A DNA stretch of 64,000 bases from an uncultured Candidatus Melainabacteria bacterium. Its GTDB lineage: Bacteria; Cyanobacteriota; Vampirovibrionia; Gastranaerophilales; Gastranaerophilaceae. The DNA lies in the NCBI GenBank assembly GCA_934693165.1, contig CAKUUX010000001.1:41206-105205 (forward strand), written 5' to 3'. Below are positions 48,941 through 58,520 of the stretch, piece after piece. Position 1 is the stretch's first letter; each line of letters begins with the position of its first letter. The notes below the pieces were generated by a model. The model was not told the DNA's origin. It saw nothing but the letters and a program-made list of their open reading frames with translations, and made no database searches. Made by a program: the position numbers and the translations under genes.

Positions 48941-51640
48941 CTATACAACACCGTTAAATGCGTCGATATAGATTTGTTTAATATCTGACATCAATGGATA
49001 TGCTGGGTTAGCACCTGTACATTGATCGTCGAATGCTAATTCAACTAACTCGTCTAAGTGTTCATTCCAGTATTCTTTAGTGAAGCCAGCTTTTGTGATG
49101 AATTCTTCAATAGAATTTGGTAAGTTGATAGCTTTCATTAATCTATCAATTGCTTTAATTAATAATTTAACTTTTTCGTCATCATTTTTACCACCTAATT
49201 GTAATTCATCAGCAATTTGACCGTATTTAGCCTTCGCACAAGGATATTTATATTGTGGGAAGATTGCTTGTTTGTGTGGAGCATCAGAAGCATTGTATTT
49301 AATTACTTGTCTGATTAACAATGCGTTAGCTACACCGTGTGGAACGTGGTACATAGCACCAAGTTTGTGAGCCATTGAGTGACATAATCCTAAGAATGAG
49401 TTAGCGAATGCCATACCAGCAATTGTTGCTGCATAGTGCATTTTTTCTCTTGCGATAGGATCGTTAGCACCTTCATTGTAACTTCTTTCCAAGTATTTAA
49501 ATACTAATTTTGAAGCTTCTAAAGCATTTGAATTAGTAAAGTTTGTTGCCATACAAGAAACGTAAGCTTCAATTGCGTGAACTAATGCGTCAATACCAGA
49601 TGCAGAAGTTAAACCTTTTGGCATACCATCAACGAAGTTAGGGTCGATAATTGCCATGTTTGGTGTTAATGCGTAATCAGCGATTGCGTATTTAACGTGA
49701 GTTTCGTCATCTGTGATGATAGCGAATGGTGTTACTTCTGAACCAGTACCTGATGTTGTTGGAATTGCAACCATTGTTGCTTTTTTACCTAATTCTGGTA
49801 ATTGACAGATTCTCTTTCTAATATCCATGAATCTCATAGAAATATCTTCGAATACTGTGTCAGGTTGTTCATACATTAACCACATAATTTTAGCTGCGTC
49901 CATTGGAGAACCACCACCTAATGAAATAATTACATCTGGTTCAAATGGTTTTAAGATAGACATTGCTTGGTTAATTGTTGACAATGTTGGATCTGGTTTA
50001 ACGTCGAAGAATACTTGGTGTTCAATACCAATTTCATCTAAAACGTTAGTAATTTTGTTTACTGCACCTGAGTTGTATAAGAAACTATCTGTTACGATAA
50101 AGGCACGTTTTTTACCTTGAAGTTCTCTTAATGCTAAATCAGTAGCACCTCTCTTGAAGTAAATTTTTGATGGAGCCTTAAACCATAACATATTTTCTCT
50201 CCTTTCAGCTACAGTCTTATAGTTTAATAAGTGTTCAACACCTACGTTACCTGAAACAGCGTTGCCACCCCAAGAACCACAACCTAATGTTAATGATGGT
50301 TCTAATTTGAAGTTGAATAAATCACCAATACCACCTTGAGATGATGGAGAGTTGATTAATACACGGCAAGTAGGCATTTTTTCAGCGTATGCGTTGATTC
50401 TATCGCTCTTTCTTTCGTCTGTGTACAATACTGATGTGTGACCTGCGCCACCTTTGCTTACTAATTCGTAAGCCATTTCAGCAGCTTGTTCGTAATCTTT
50501 AGCTTTGTACATAGCTAAGATTGGAGATAATTTTTCTCTTGAGAATGGATCGTTCCAGTCAACTTCTGGTCTTTCAACTAAAAGAATTTTTGCATCTTCT
50601 GGAGTTTTGAAACCTGATAATTCAGCGATTTTGTGTGCTGATTGACCAACGATTGCAGGGTGAGCTGTTCCTCTAGCAGGATCGATAAATGGTAAGTCTA
50701 CCATTTTCTTTTGTTCTGCTTTGTTTACAAGGTAAGCACCTCTGTATAAGAATTCTTTTTTAACTTCTTCGTAAACATCTTCAACAACTACTACTGATTG
50801 TTCTGATGCACAAATCATACCGTTATCGAATGTTTTTGACATAAGGATTGAAGATACAGCCATTTTAATATCAGCTGTTTCGTCAATTACTGCAGATGTA
50901 TTACCAGGACCTACACCTAATGCTGGGTTACCTGATGAATAAGCTGCTTTAACCATTCCTGGACCACCTGTTGCTAAGATACAATCAATTTTAGGGTGTT
51001 TCATCAATGCACTTGATAATTCGATTGATGGAACGTCAATCCAACCGATGATATCTTTTGGAGCACCAGCTTTAACTGCTGCATCTAAAACTAATTTAGC
51101 TGCTGCAATTGTTGATTTTGTTGCTCTTGGGTGTGGTGAGAAGATGATTGCGTTTCTTGTTTTTAAAGCAATTAATGATTTGAAAATTGCAGTTGAAGTT
51201 GGGTTTGTTGTAGGAATGATACCTGCTAAAACACCTAAAGGTTCTGCTACGATTTTTGTACCATTTGCTTTATCTTCTTTGATAACACCACAAGTTTTAA
51301 CGTTTTTGTGTTTGTTATAAATGTATTCTGAAGCGAAGTGGTTTTTGATAATTTTATCTTCTAAAACGCCCATACCAGTTTCTTCTTTAGCCATTCTAGC
51401 TAGAGGAATACGAGCTTTGTCTGCTGCTGTAGCAGCTGCTTTGAAGATTTTATCAACTTGTTCTTGAGAATAGTGTGAATATTCTTCTTGAGCTTTGTGT
51501 ACTCTATCAATTAGAGCCTCAAATGCTTCAACACTATCTACTAAATTAGAAGCATTATATGCTTTTTCTAATTTTTCAACAGCATCTTGTTTTTTTGAAG
51601 ACTTTTTAGTTGCTGTCTTCTTTGTTGTTGTTTTTGGCAT
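48941..51640 (-). CDS. adhE: Bifunctional acetaldehyde-CoA/alcohol dehydrogenase AdhE, with a Lys/Thr-rich N-terminal extension.
   Basis: ALDH domain (catalytic ..GMICASEQS..) plus an Fe-ADH domain (GGGSPMDAAK; HSMAHKLG). ATG at 51638-51640 has an AAGGAG SD. The longer track ORF begins at a TTG at 51694 with no SD. The conserved AdhE core starts about 27 aa after MPKTTTKKTATKKSSKK. Confidence 0.9.
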   Translation of the reverse strand: MPKTTTKKTATKKSSKKQDAVEKLEKAYNASNLVDSVEAFEALIDRVHKAQEEYSHYSQEQVDKIFKAAATAADKARIPLARMAKEETGMGVLEDKIIKNHFASEYIYNKHKNVKTCGVIKEDKANGTKIVAEPLGVLAGIIPTTNPTSTAIFKSLIALKTRNAIIFSPHPRATKSTIAAAKLVLDAAVKAGAPKDIIGWIDVPSIELSSALMKHPKIDCILATGGPGMVKAAYSSGNPALGVGPGNTSAVIDETADIKMAVSSILMSKTFDNGMICASEQSVVVVEDVYEEVKKEFLYRGAYLVNKAEQKKMVDLPFIDPARGTAHPAIVGQSAHKIAELSGFKTPEDAKILLVERPEVDWNDPFSREKLSPILAMYKAKDYEQAAEMAYELVSKGGAGHTSVLYTDERKSDRINAYAEKMPTCRVLINSPSSQGGIGDLFNFKLEPSLTLGCGSWGGNAVSGNVGVEHLLNYKTVAERRENMLWFKAPSKIYFKRGATDLALRELQGKKRAFIVTDSFLYNSGAVNKITNVLDEIGIEHQVFFDVKPDPTLSTINQAMSILKPFEPDVIISLGGGSPMDAAKIMWLMYEQPDTVFEDISMRFMDIRKRICQLPELGKKATMVAIPTTSGTGSEVTPFAIITDDETHVKYAIADYALTPNMAIIDPNFVDGMPKGLTSASGIDALVHAIEAYVSCMATNFTNSNALEASKLVFKYLERSYNEGANDPIAREKMHYAATIAGMAFANSFLGLCHSMAHKLGAMYHVPHGVANALLIRQVIKYNASDAPHKQAIFPQYKYPCAKAKYGQIADELQLGGKNDDEKVKLLIKAIDRLMKAINLPNSIEEFITKAGFTKEYWNEHLDELVELAFDDQCTGANPAYPLMSDIKQIYIDAFNGVV

Positions 51641-51761
51641 TTTTTTATTTCTCCTTTTTTTAGTGGGTAATCGTGATTTATTTCCTGATAGCAACAGTAT
51701 AAAAAATATTAAGTGTTTTTGTCAACCCTTAATCGTTTTCCAGTATTTACAAGCCTTAACA

Positions 51762-51779
51762 AAGTGATTTTTGTCACGA
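51762..51779. promoter_or_regulatory. Putative Rex operator upstream of adhE.
   Basis: AAGTGA-TTTTTG-TCACGA is an inverted repeat GTGA-N6-TCAC matching the Rex box core (TTGTGAA-N6-TTCACAA). It sits about 40 bp upstream of a TTGACA-N18-TATACT sigma-70-like promoter (minus strand, 51725-51696) that drives adhE. Confidence 0.4.
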
Positions 51780-51789
51780 TTGAATTTTT

Positions 51790-52689
51790 TTATCGTGAAT
51801 AATTTCCCATAGAAATGTTTTTTGCATGCTCTGGTTCGGAGTGAATTATTATTGATATGTTGCCTATTTTACTTGTTATAGCGTGTTCAATCTCATCACA
51901 AATTTTATGGCAATCGTAAATTTTCATATCATTGTCAAATAAAACTGTTAGTTCCATTTTTATCATTGGACCTATGTTTCTTGCTTTTAGGTCTTTGTAA
52001 CCTTTTATATTCTGAAAAGTGTCTAATATTTTTGTTATTTCTTCCATTTCGTTTTTAGAAATTGAACCTTCAAGAAGGTTATTTAGAGTTTGTTTCATTA
52101 TTGTATAACCTGCCTTAAAGATAATACCTGCAACGATTATAGCAATAATTGGATCGAGAATTGTAAGACCTGTGATTTTTATCGCAATTAAGCCCAAAAG
52201 CACTCCAAGTGAAGAAAAAACATCTGTTCTTAAATGTTCTGCATCTGCATAAAGTGATACCGAATTTGATTTTTTTGCGACAAAGAATAAACATTTGCTA
52301 ACTATTATATTTGCCAAAACTGCAAAAGTCATGACAAAAATACAAAGTTCTGATTCAATTTCTGCGTGGTAACCAAAAATAAGTTTTTTAGAGGCTTCGT
52401 ACACGATATAAACAGAGGCAAGTACAATTAATAAGCCTTCTATAAATCCAGACATATCTTCATATTTTCCATGCCCAAAAGGATGTTCCTTGTCTGCAGG
52501 TTCGCTTGAGCGTGATACGGCAAAAAATGTTAGTATAGAAGCTAAAAAGTCACTAAAAGAGTGAACTGCTTCTGAAATAATACTTATACTTCCAGAAATA
52601 AATCCGGCAATAAACTTAAGTATAATTATTATTGCGTTTGAAATTATTGATGTTGTTGCTACTAATTTTTTCTCTGTATTAATATCCAT
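51790..52689 (-). CDS. Cation diffusion facilitator (CDF) family divalent-metal efflux transporter.
   Basis: Six transmembrane segments with HSFSDFLAS and HPFGHGKYE motifs. The C-terminal cytoplasmic domain is present. The start is reassigned to ATG 52689 (MDINTEKK...) because the longer track ORF overlaps the next gene's SD and start. Confidence 0.75.
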   Translation of the reverse strand: MDINTEKKLVATTSIISNAIIIILKFIAGFISGSISIISEAVHSFSDFLASILTFFAVSRSSEPADKEHPFGHGKYEDMSGFIEGLLIVLASVYIVYEASKKLIFGYHAEIESELCIFVMTFAVLANIIVSKCLFFVAKKSNSVSLYADAEHLRTDVFSSLGVLLGLIAIKITGLTILDPIIAIIVAGIIFKAGYTIMKQTLNNLLEGSISKNEMEEITKILDTFQNIKGYKDLKARNIGPMIKMELTVLFDNDMKIYDCHKICDEIEHAITSKIGNISIIIHSEPEHAKNISMGNYSR

Positions 52690-52823
52690 AGATTTAATTA
52701 TAACACTTAAATATAAAAGGTTAAATTTTATTAAAAACTGGTTGAAATAATATCTTTTGGTATAATAATAGAGACTAATAGAAAAGAAATATAGTCTCAT
52801 TAGAATAGCAAAAGGAGAGAAAA

Positions 52824-54221
52824 ATGAAATTATCAAAATCATTATTAACATTATCTGTGTTAGCAATGGCTTCTTCAGCTGCTATGGCTTGCGAAACAGC
52901 AAACGTAGAAGCTTATGCTCACCCAACAATGTTTAACTCATCAGCTGTTGAAACACAAGCAACTCGTGGTGTTTATATTGTTGGTGACAAAATGATGGCT
53001 GCTGCAAACGAAGCAATTCAAGGTAAAGAAAATGTTTTACTTGATGCAGAAGCTAACGCATTAGCAGAAGATTTAGCTGCTATTTATGGTAAAGCTTTCA
53101 ACTTTAAAGCTCCAGCTTTACGTTCAGAAATGGCTCATGCTTTATCACAAGCTTTAGGTTTAAAAACACCTGCTAAAAACAAATATACTTACAAAGATGT
53201 TGCTGGTCACAAATTACAATCACACATCTACAAAGCTTTAGCTGCAAACGTAATGATTGGTTACCCTGATAAAAAATTCAGACCAAACCAAAAAATTACT
53301 AAAGCTGAAGTATTTGCTACATTAGCTCAATTGTTAACAAATGAACCAAAAAATACAGTTGTTGGTAAATTAGCTAACAAATACGAAATGAAAGAAGTTC
53401 CAGCTTGGGCTACTGCTCCAACTGTAAAAGTTATGGAAGCTGGTATCTTAGATAATCTTCCAGATTTACAATCAGTTGCTAATAACAAATATTTAACAAC
53501 TGAACAATTACAAAAATTAGTTGTTACATTAAGCCATAGCAAATACTACAACAAAGATTTTGTTTCTGACTGTGCTAACACTTCAACAGTAAGAGTTAAA
53601 ATTAAAGAAAGAGTTGATGCTAGACACATCAATATCGGTGAAACAGTTTACGCTGAAACATTAGAAGCTGCTACAGTAAACAATACAGAATTTGCTGCAG
53701 GTTCTAAAGTAATTGGTGAAGTTGTTGAAGTTTCAAGACCTGGTATCAAAAATCCTGGTTATGTTAAAGTTAAATTCAACACAATCAAAAATGGTAAAGT
53801 ATCAGCTGACTTCCCAAAAGTTTCAAGAGCAGCTGTTAATGAAGCTAAAACAACAAACGTTGTAGCTAGAGTTCTTGCTACTCCAGTTTCTGCAATCGCA
53901 AGAGTTGGTGGTACAGCAGGTAGAACAATTGCTACAGAAGCTATGAATATTGCTAACGACGGTGAAAGATATGGTGAAAACTGGTCTAACGCTGTTGCTA
54001 ACACATTATCATTACAACCAATGGCTGGTTTAAGAAATGTTGGTAAATCATTCGTAACTTTAGGTTACTTCGTAGCTGATACAGCTAAATTAGCAGTATC
54101 TGGTACATTTGGTGTTCTTTATGAATTAGGTGATGAAGTTAGATATGTTATCTTACCTTCTTCAATCAACGATTCAGCATTAAACCCTGGTGATGAATTA
54201 TCAATCATCTATAAAAAATAG
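52824..54221 (+). CDS. Secreted SLH-domain protein (S-layer-homology anchor plus a C-terminal domain of unknown function).
   Basis: Signal peptide MKLSKSLLTLSVLAMASSAAMA. SLH motif YKDVAGHKLQSHIYKALAANVMIGYPDKKFRPNQKITKAEVFATLAQLL. Strong SD AAAGGAGAGA. Confidence 0.7.
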   Translation: MKLSKSLLTLSVLAMASSAAMACETANVEAYAHPTMFNSSAVETQATRGVYIVGDKMMAAANEAIQGKENVLLDAEANALAEDLAAIYGKAFNFKAPALRSEMAHALSQALGLKTPAKNKYTYKDVAGHKLQSHIYKALAANVMIGYPDKKFRPNQKITKAEVFATLAQLLTNEPKNTVVGKLANKYEMKEVPAWATAPTVKVMEAGILDNLPDLQSVANNKYLTTEQLQKLVVTLSHSKYYNKDFVSDCANTSTVRVKIKERVDARHINIGETVYAETLEAATVNNTEFAAGSKVIGEVVEVSRPGIKNPGYVKVKFNTIKNGKVSADFPKVSRAAVNEAKTTNVVARVLATPVSAIARVGGTAGRTIATEAMNIANDGERYGENWSNAVANTLSLQPMAGLRNVGKSFVTLGYFVADTAKLAVSGTFGVLYELGDEVRYVILPSSINDSALNPGDELSIIYKK

Positions 54222-54251
54222 AATGTTTTAGCTAAAAGCAATTAAATATTT

Positions 54252-54286
54252 GAAAAGGATATGGCGAAAGTCATATCCTTTTTTAT
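54252..54286 (+). terminator. Rho-independent terminator after the SLH-protein gene.
   Basis: AAGGATATG-gcgaaagt-CATATCCTT followed by TTTTTATT. Confidence 0.8.
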
Positions 54287-54333
54287 TCTGTTGTCTAATA
54301 GTAAAATTTATTCGATAAGTTTAAAAACTTATT

Positions 54334-55692
54334 ATGACAAAAGTAATTATAATTGGTGGTGTTGCAGGTGGTTCAAAAGCTGCAGCTAAACTTAAACATT
54401 TAAAGCCTGAATATGACATAACAATTTATACAAAAGAGCAATACGTTTCTTATTCGGCATGTGGTTTTCCTTTTTACATTGGTGGGTCTATTCGTGATTT
54501 AGATAAATTAATTATAAGAACTATTGATGAATTTGAGCAAAAGGGAATACATGTCAAAAATTTCCACGAAGTTCTTCAGATTTTACCTAATAAAAAAAAA
54601 GTTTTGATTAAAAATTTAAAAGATGATGTGGAATTTTATGAAACCTATGATAAATTAGTTATTGCGACAGGTGCTGAACCTTTTATTCCAAAGATTTCTG
54701 GTGCTGATATTGAGCATGTTTATACGTTAAGAAACATGGTAGATGCTCGAAATATTAAAAAGAGATTATTAGAAAGTGAAAATGCGTTGATTGTGGGTGG
54801 AAACTATATTGGTGTTGAATTGATGGAAAGTTTTATAAAACAATCTGTAACAACAACAATTGTTGAAGCAAATACGCATTTGATGAAATTTTATGATAAA
54901 GATATTTCGAATATTATTCAAGACAATATAAAAATTATACAGCCTTTGTACACAAAAATAATAACGTCTGATACGGTAACATCTTTAAAAAAATCTGATG
55001 AAAAGATAGAAGTTTTTACTAAAAAAGGAAAACATTTTTATACTGATATAGTAGTTATTGCAGCTGGTGTAAAGCCTTGTGTAAAACTTGCAAAAGATGC
55101 AGGGATAGAAATTGGAAAGACTGGTGCGATAAGTGTTGATAATAAAATGCGTACAAATATTGAAGATATTTGGGCAGTAGGGGATTGTGTTGAAAAATTC
55201 AATATTGTATCAAAACAATGGGAATATATTCCACTAGGTTCAACTGCAAATAAAGAGGGAAGAGTTTGTGCTCTAAACATTGCAGGTTTTGAAGATGAAG
55301 TTTTTGAAGGTGTTTTGGGCTCTTCGGTTGTAAAATATTTTGATTATTCTATGTCGAAAACTGGTTTGTCAGAAGTTAGGGCAAGAGATGTCGGATTTGA
55401 TGTTGTTTCTGTTTTATTAACAACCTTAGACAAGTCAAAATATGTGCCAGATGTGAAATCTATAACTATAAAACTTCTTGCTGATAAAAAAACAAGAAAA
55501 GTTTTAGGTGTTCAAAGTGTTGGATTTGGTGATGCAGATAAGAGGGTTAATGCCTTAACCATGGCACTACTAAAAGGTTCAACGATAGATGAATTCGTTA
55601 ATACAGACATAACATACGCACCTGCTGTTTCGACAAGCATTGATCCAATCTTGACAGCAGCTCATATATTAATAGACAAACTTTCAAGCTAA
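54334..55692 (+). CDS. FAD-dependent pyridine nucleotide-disulfide oxidoreductase (NADH oxidase / CoA-disulfide reductase family).
   Basis: IIGGVAGG FAD-binding motif, redox-active Cys in SYSACGFPFYIGG, and a second Rossmann fold GGNYIGVE. Confidence 0.75.
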   Translation: MTKVIIIGGVAGGSKAAAKLKHLKPEYDITIYTKEQYVSYSACGFPFYIGGSIRDLDKLIIRTIDEFEQKGIHVKNFHEVLQILPNKKKVLIKNLKDDVEFYETYDKLVIATGAEPFIPKISGADIEHVYTLRNMVDARNIKKRLLESENALIVGGNYIGVELMESFIKQSVTTTIVEANTHLMKFYDKDISNIIQDNIKIIQPLYTKIITSDTVTSLKKSDEKIEVFTKKGKHFYTDIVVIAAGVKPCVKLAKDAGIEIGKTGAISVDNKMRTNIEDIWAVGDCVEKFNIVSKQWEYIPLGSTANKEGRVCALNIAGFEDEVFEGVLGSSVVKYFDYSMSKTGLSEVRARDVGFDVVSVLLTTLDKSKYVPDVKSITIKLLADKKTRKVLGVQSVGFGDADKRVNALTMALLKGSTIDEFVNTDITYAPAVSTSIDPILTAAHILIDKLSS

Positions 55693-55695
55693 AAA

Positions 55696-55935
55696 TTATT
55701 TTTCGATAGGTTGTCCAACTAATTTTACCAATAATTTAATAACCTTTGGCATTTGACAAACAAATGAATAATTTCCTGATGATAATGAACATTGTGAGCA
55801 ATCACATTTTAGTTTGTAACATTCAATTGCTTGTTCTGTCCAATTTTGTGTTAATGAATCAGAAATTTCGCCATTGTTTTGTGGATAAAAATCCTCATTA
55901 GGTCTGATTATTGGATTACTGATACTTAAAGCCAT
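55696..55935 (-). CDS. Hypothetical small Cys-containing protein (possible spurious ORF).
   Basis: 79 aa with no SD inspected and no recognizable family. It sits in the 300-bp gap between nox and engB. Confidence 0.2.
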   Translation of the reverse strand: MALSISNPIIRPNEDFYPQNNGEISDSLTQNWTEQAIECYKLKCDCSQCSLSSGNYSFVCQMPKVIKLLVKLVGQPIEK

Positions 55936-55998
55936 TTTACACTTTCCCCCGTAAAGTTATCCTAATCTCTAATAATCTCATTTTAACAGATGGGTATA

Positions 55999-56592
55999 TT
56001 AATTTTCATCATCTAAACAGAGGATATTATCAAATATATATTTTATAACTTCTTCGTTGTATCTATTGTTTTTGGCTGTAAATAGTAAAACTTCTGGCCC
56101 AAAGTCCTTTTTAACTTCTTGTATTCTTCTATTTAAATCGTTTTGTTTAACTAAATCAACTTTTGATAAAACAGTTATTGTATCAAGTCCATGGTGGTTA
56201 ATCCATTCACGCATTTGGTAATCATTTTTTTGAATTTCATGACGAGCATCAACAAATTGTACAAGTTTAACGATTTGTTCTCTTTTTAATAAATATTGTT
56301 CAAGGTTCTTTTGCCAATCATCCTTCATTCCTTGTGAAACTCTTGCATAACCATATCCAGGAAGGTCTGTTATAATAAATTTATTCGAAAAGTTGAAAAA
56401 ATTTATTAATCTTGTTTTGCCTGGAGTGTTGGAAGTTTTAGCAAGCTTTTTGTTGTTAGCAAGTCCATTTATAAAAGAGGATTTACCAACATTTGAACGA
56501 CCAATTAATGCTATCTCAGGTAAGCTGTAATCAGGACATTGAGATAGTTTTGCTGCACTTATTAAAAATTTGCCGTCTAAAGATTTTTTCAT
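55999..56592 (-). CDS. engB: Ribosome biogenesis GTP-binding protein EngB/YsxC.
   Basis: G1 GRSNVGKSSFIN, G3 DLPGYGYA, G4 SKVD, and typical EngB length. Confidence 0.85.
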   Translation of the reverse strand: MKKSLDGKFLISAAKLSQCPDYSLPEIALIGRSNVGKSSFINGLANNKKLAKTSNTPGKTRLINFFNFSNKFIITDLPGYGYARVSQGMKDDWQKNLEQYLLKREQIVKLVQFVDARHEIQKNDYQMREWINHHGLDTITVLSKVDLVKQNDLNRRIQEVKKDFGPEVLLFTAKNNRYNEEVIKYIFDNILCLDDEN

Positions 56593-56596
56593 TTTA

Positions 56597-58429
56597 TTAT
56601 CTTAATTTTTTTTCTAATCTTTTAATTTTTCTATTTATTTTTCTTACTTCACGTTTTGTAGTTTGGTAAGAATTATATTTTTTGTAGTTATAAATTGCGT
56701 CGTAGTAATTTTTATCTTTTTCACAAGTTTTAGCTAAAAGCAATATGGCATCTGTGTTTGCAGGGTTGAAATTCAATGCTCTGATTGCATATTCTCTTGC
56801 TAAAATATAGTTTTTCTTTTCAAAAAATACATTTGCATCTTTTAACATAGCTTTTGAACGATTCTCTGTTTTTAAAATATATTCAAAGTTACTTAATGCA
56901 ATTTTATTATCAACATCTTTTGATAGTGCTTTTGTTAAAGCTTTTTTAGCTGGAACATAGTGTTTGTGGTATGTTAAGATTTCACCTAAATACAAATCGT
57001 CTTTAAGAGTTTTTGTACTATTTATAGCAAGTTCAAACATTTCGTTTGAGTGGTAAATATCGTCTAAAACGAAGTAAGCTTCACCTTTTGTAACCATATC
57101 GTTTGTATTTCTTACAGGGAAATTAACAAGTTGTGATAACAAATCTTGTTGATTGTATTTTTGATTAGCTACATTCATTAATTTGATTTTTGCTAAATAT
57201 AATTCTAAATCTTGAGGATTTGCTTTTATTGCTTTGTTAACGTTATCTAGGGCTTTTACAAAGTTTTGAGTTGAGCCGATAATGTTTTTTGAAGCTGCAA
57301 CTTTTGCTAATTCAAAATATGTATTAGAAACACCTTTTAGTGCTTCATTGTTGTATTTTTTTACACCAACAAGTGAAGAATAATATTTTAAAGCTTGATC
57401 ATATTTACCAGCAGAATAACTAATATCTGCAATTTTTAATTTTGCATCATAAAGATTTGGATTAGTAACAGAAACTGTTTTTAATTGTTCAATAGCAAAT
57501 TCACTATCAGAACGTTTTTCATAGATTTCTGCTAAATTCAAATATGGTTGGATATTTTCAGGAGCGATAGCACTTGCTTTTCTGAAAGCTTGAATTGCTG
57601 CTGCTTCGTTACCTTGATTTCTATAAATTTCTCCAAAAAGATTATAAATCGCAGAAGAATTTGAATTGATACAAAGAGCATTGTTTAAATAAGTTAGTGC
57701 TTGTGAATAATCTTGTCTTTTGTTAGCTAATTGTGCTAAATGGAAATATGCTGATGTGTTGTGAGGATTTAATTTAATAGATTTTTTGAATTTTAATTCT
57801 GCTTCGTTCAAATCATTATTTAAATAATCAATTGTTCCTAAGTTATCAATTGCTGTTGCATATTGAGAATCAATAGAAACAGATTTCAAAAACAATTCTT
57901 TTGCTTTATCAATATTATTTAATTTAAGTTCGCAAACACCCATTGCGTTGAATGCTGCAAAGTGTCCTTGATTTAAAAGAGTTGCAACAGTGAATTGTTC
58001 CTTTGCAGAAGTAATTAAATCTTTTTTGTTTGCTTGATAATCCATGTTGGAAGAATTTAATCTGGCTAAATACAATAAGCCTTGAGCATAATGCAAATCA
58101 GCATTTTGAGGATATACTTTTAGCATTTTATTAAGTTCTTGTTGTGTTGCATTTAAATTTTTCTTTTTAACGTTCAAAACTAATTTTAAGCTTTTAGCGT
58201 TAATATTATTAGGGTTTGCTTTAAGTAAAGAATTAATCTTAGCCTCAGCATTAGCATAATTACCATATTCAATCATTTTAATTACGGCATTATTTACATT
58301 GTAATTGTTTGTTTCAACCTTTGCTGTTATTTTTGGAGCAGGTGTTTGTTTTTTTTGAGCAGGTGCTGAATTAGCTGAATTGCTCAATATTACTGTTGTT
58401 GCTAATGCTAGTATAAGATTTCTTTTCAT
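56597..58429 (-). CDS. Secreted TPR repeat protein.
   Basis: Signal peptide (LILALATTVILSNSANSA). More than 12 TPR-like units. Lys/Arg-rich C-terminal tail (KREVRKINRKIKRLEKKLR). Confidence 0.6.
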   Translation of the reverse strand: MKRNLILALATTVILSNSANSAPAQKKQTPAPKITAKVETNNYNVNNAVIKMIEYGNYANAEAKINSLLKANPNNINAKSLKLVLNVKKKNLNATQQELNKMLKVYPQNADLHYAQGLLYLARLNSSNMDYQANKKDLITSAKEQFTVATLLNQGHFAAFNAMGVCELKLNNIDKAKELFLKSVSIDSQYATAIDNLGTIDYLNNDLNEAELKFKKSIKLNPHNTSAYFHLAQLANKRQDYSQALTYLNNALCINSNSSAIYNLFGEIYRNQGNEAAAIQAFRKASAIAPENIQPYLNLAEIYEKRSDSEFAIEQLKTVSVTNPNLYDAKLKIADISYSAGKYDQALKYYSSLVGVKKYNNEALKGVSNTYFELAKVAASKNIIGSTQNFVKALDNVNKAIKANPQDLELYLAKIKLMNVANQKYNQQDLLSQLVNFPVRNTNDMVTKGEAYFVLDDIYHSNEMFELAINSTKTLKDDLYLGEILTYHKHYVPAKKALTKALSKDVDNKIALSNFEYILKTENRSKAMLKDANVFFEKKNYILAREYAIRALNFNPANTDAILLLAKTCEKDKNYYDAIYNYKKYNSYQTTKREVRKINRKIKRLEKKLR

Positions 58430-58520
58430 ATTAATTCTTCCGTTATTTTTTGTAAAATTTTTTATAAAATATTGTAAATATTGTATAATAATAACGTGAA
58501 AAAATCAACATAGAGGGGCT

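Noticed and set aside
51641-51694. AdhE start at the TTG at 51694 (MLSGNKSRLPTKKRRNKK...).
   Set aside because: It has no SD, and it overlaps the promoter -10 region. The ATG at 51640 has a perfect AAGGAG SD.
52690-52866. 59-aa N-terminal extension of the CDF transporter ORF.
   Set aside because: The extension overlaps the SD and start of the convergent-looking plus-strand SLH gene and is hydrophobic junk. An internal ATG (MDINTEKK) gives a normal-length CDF protein.
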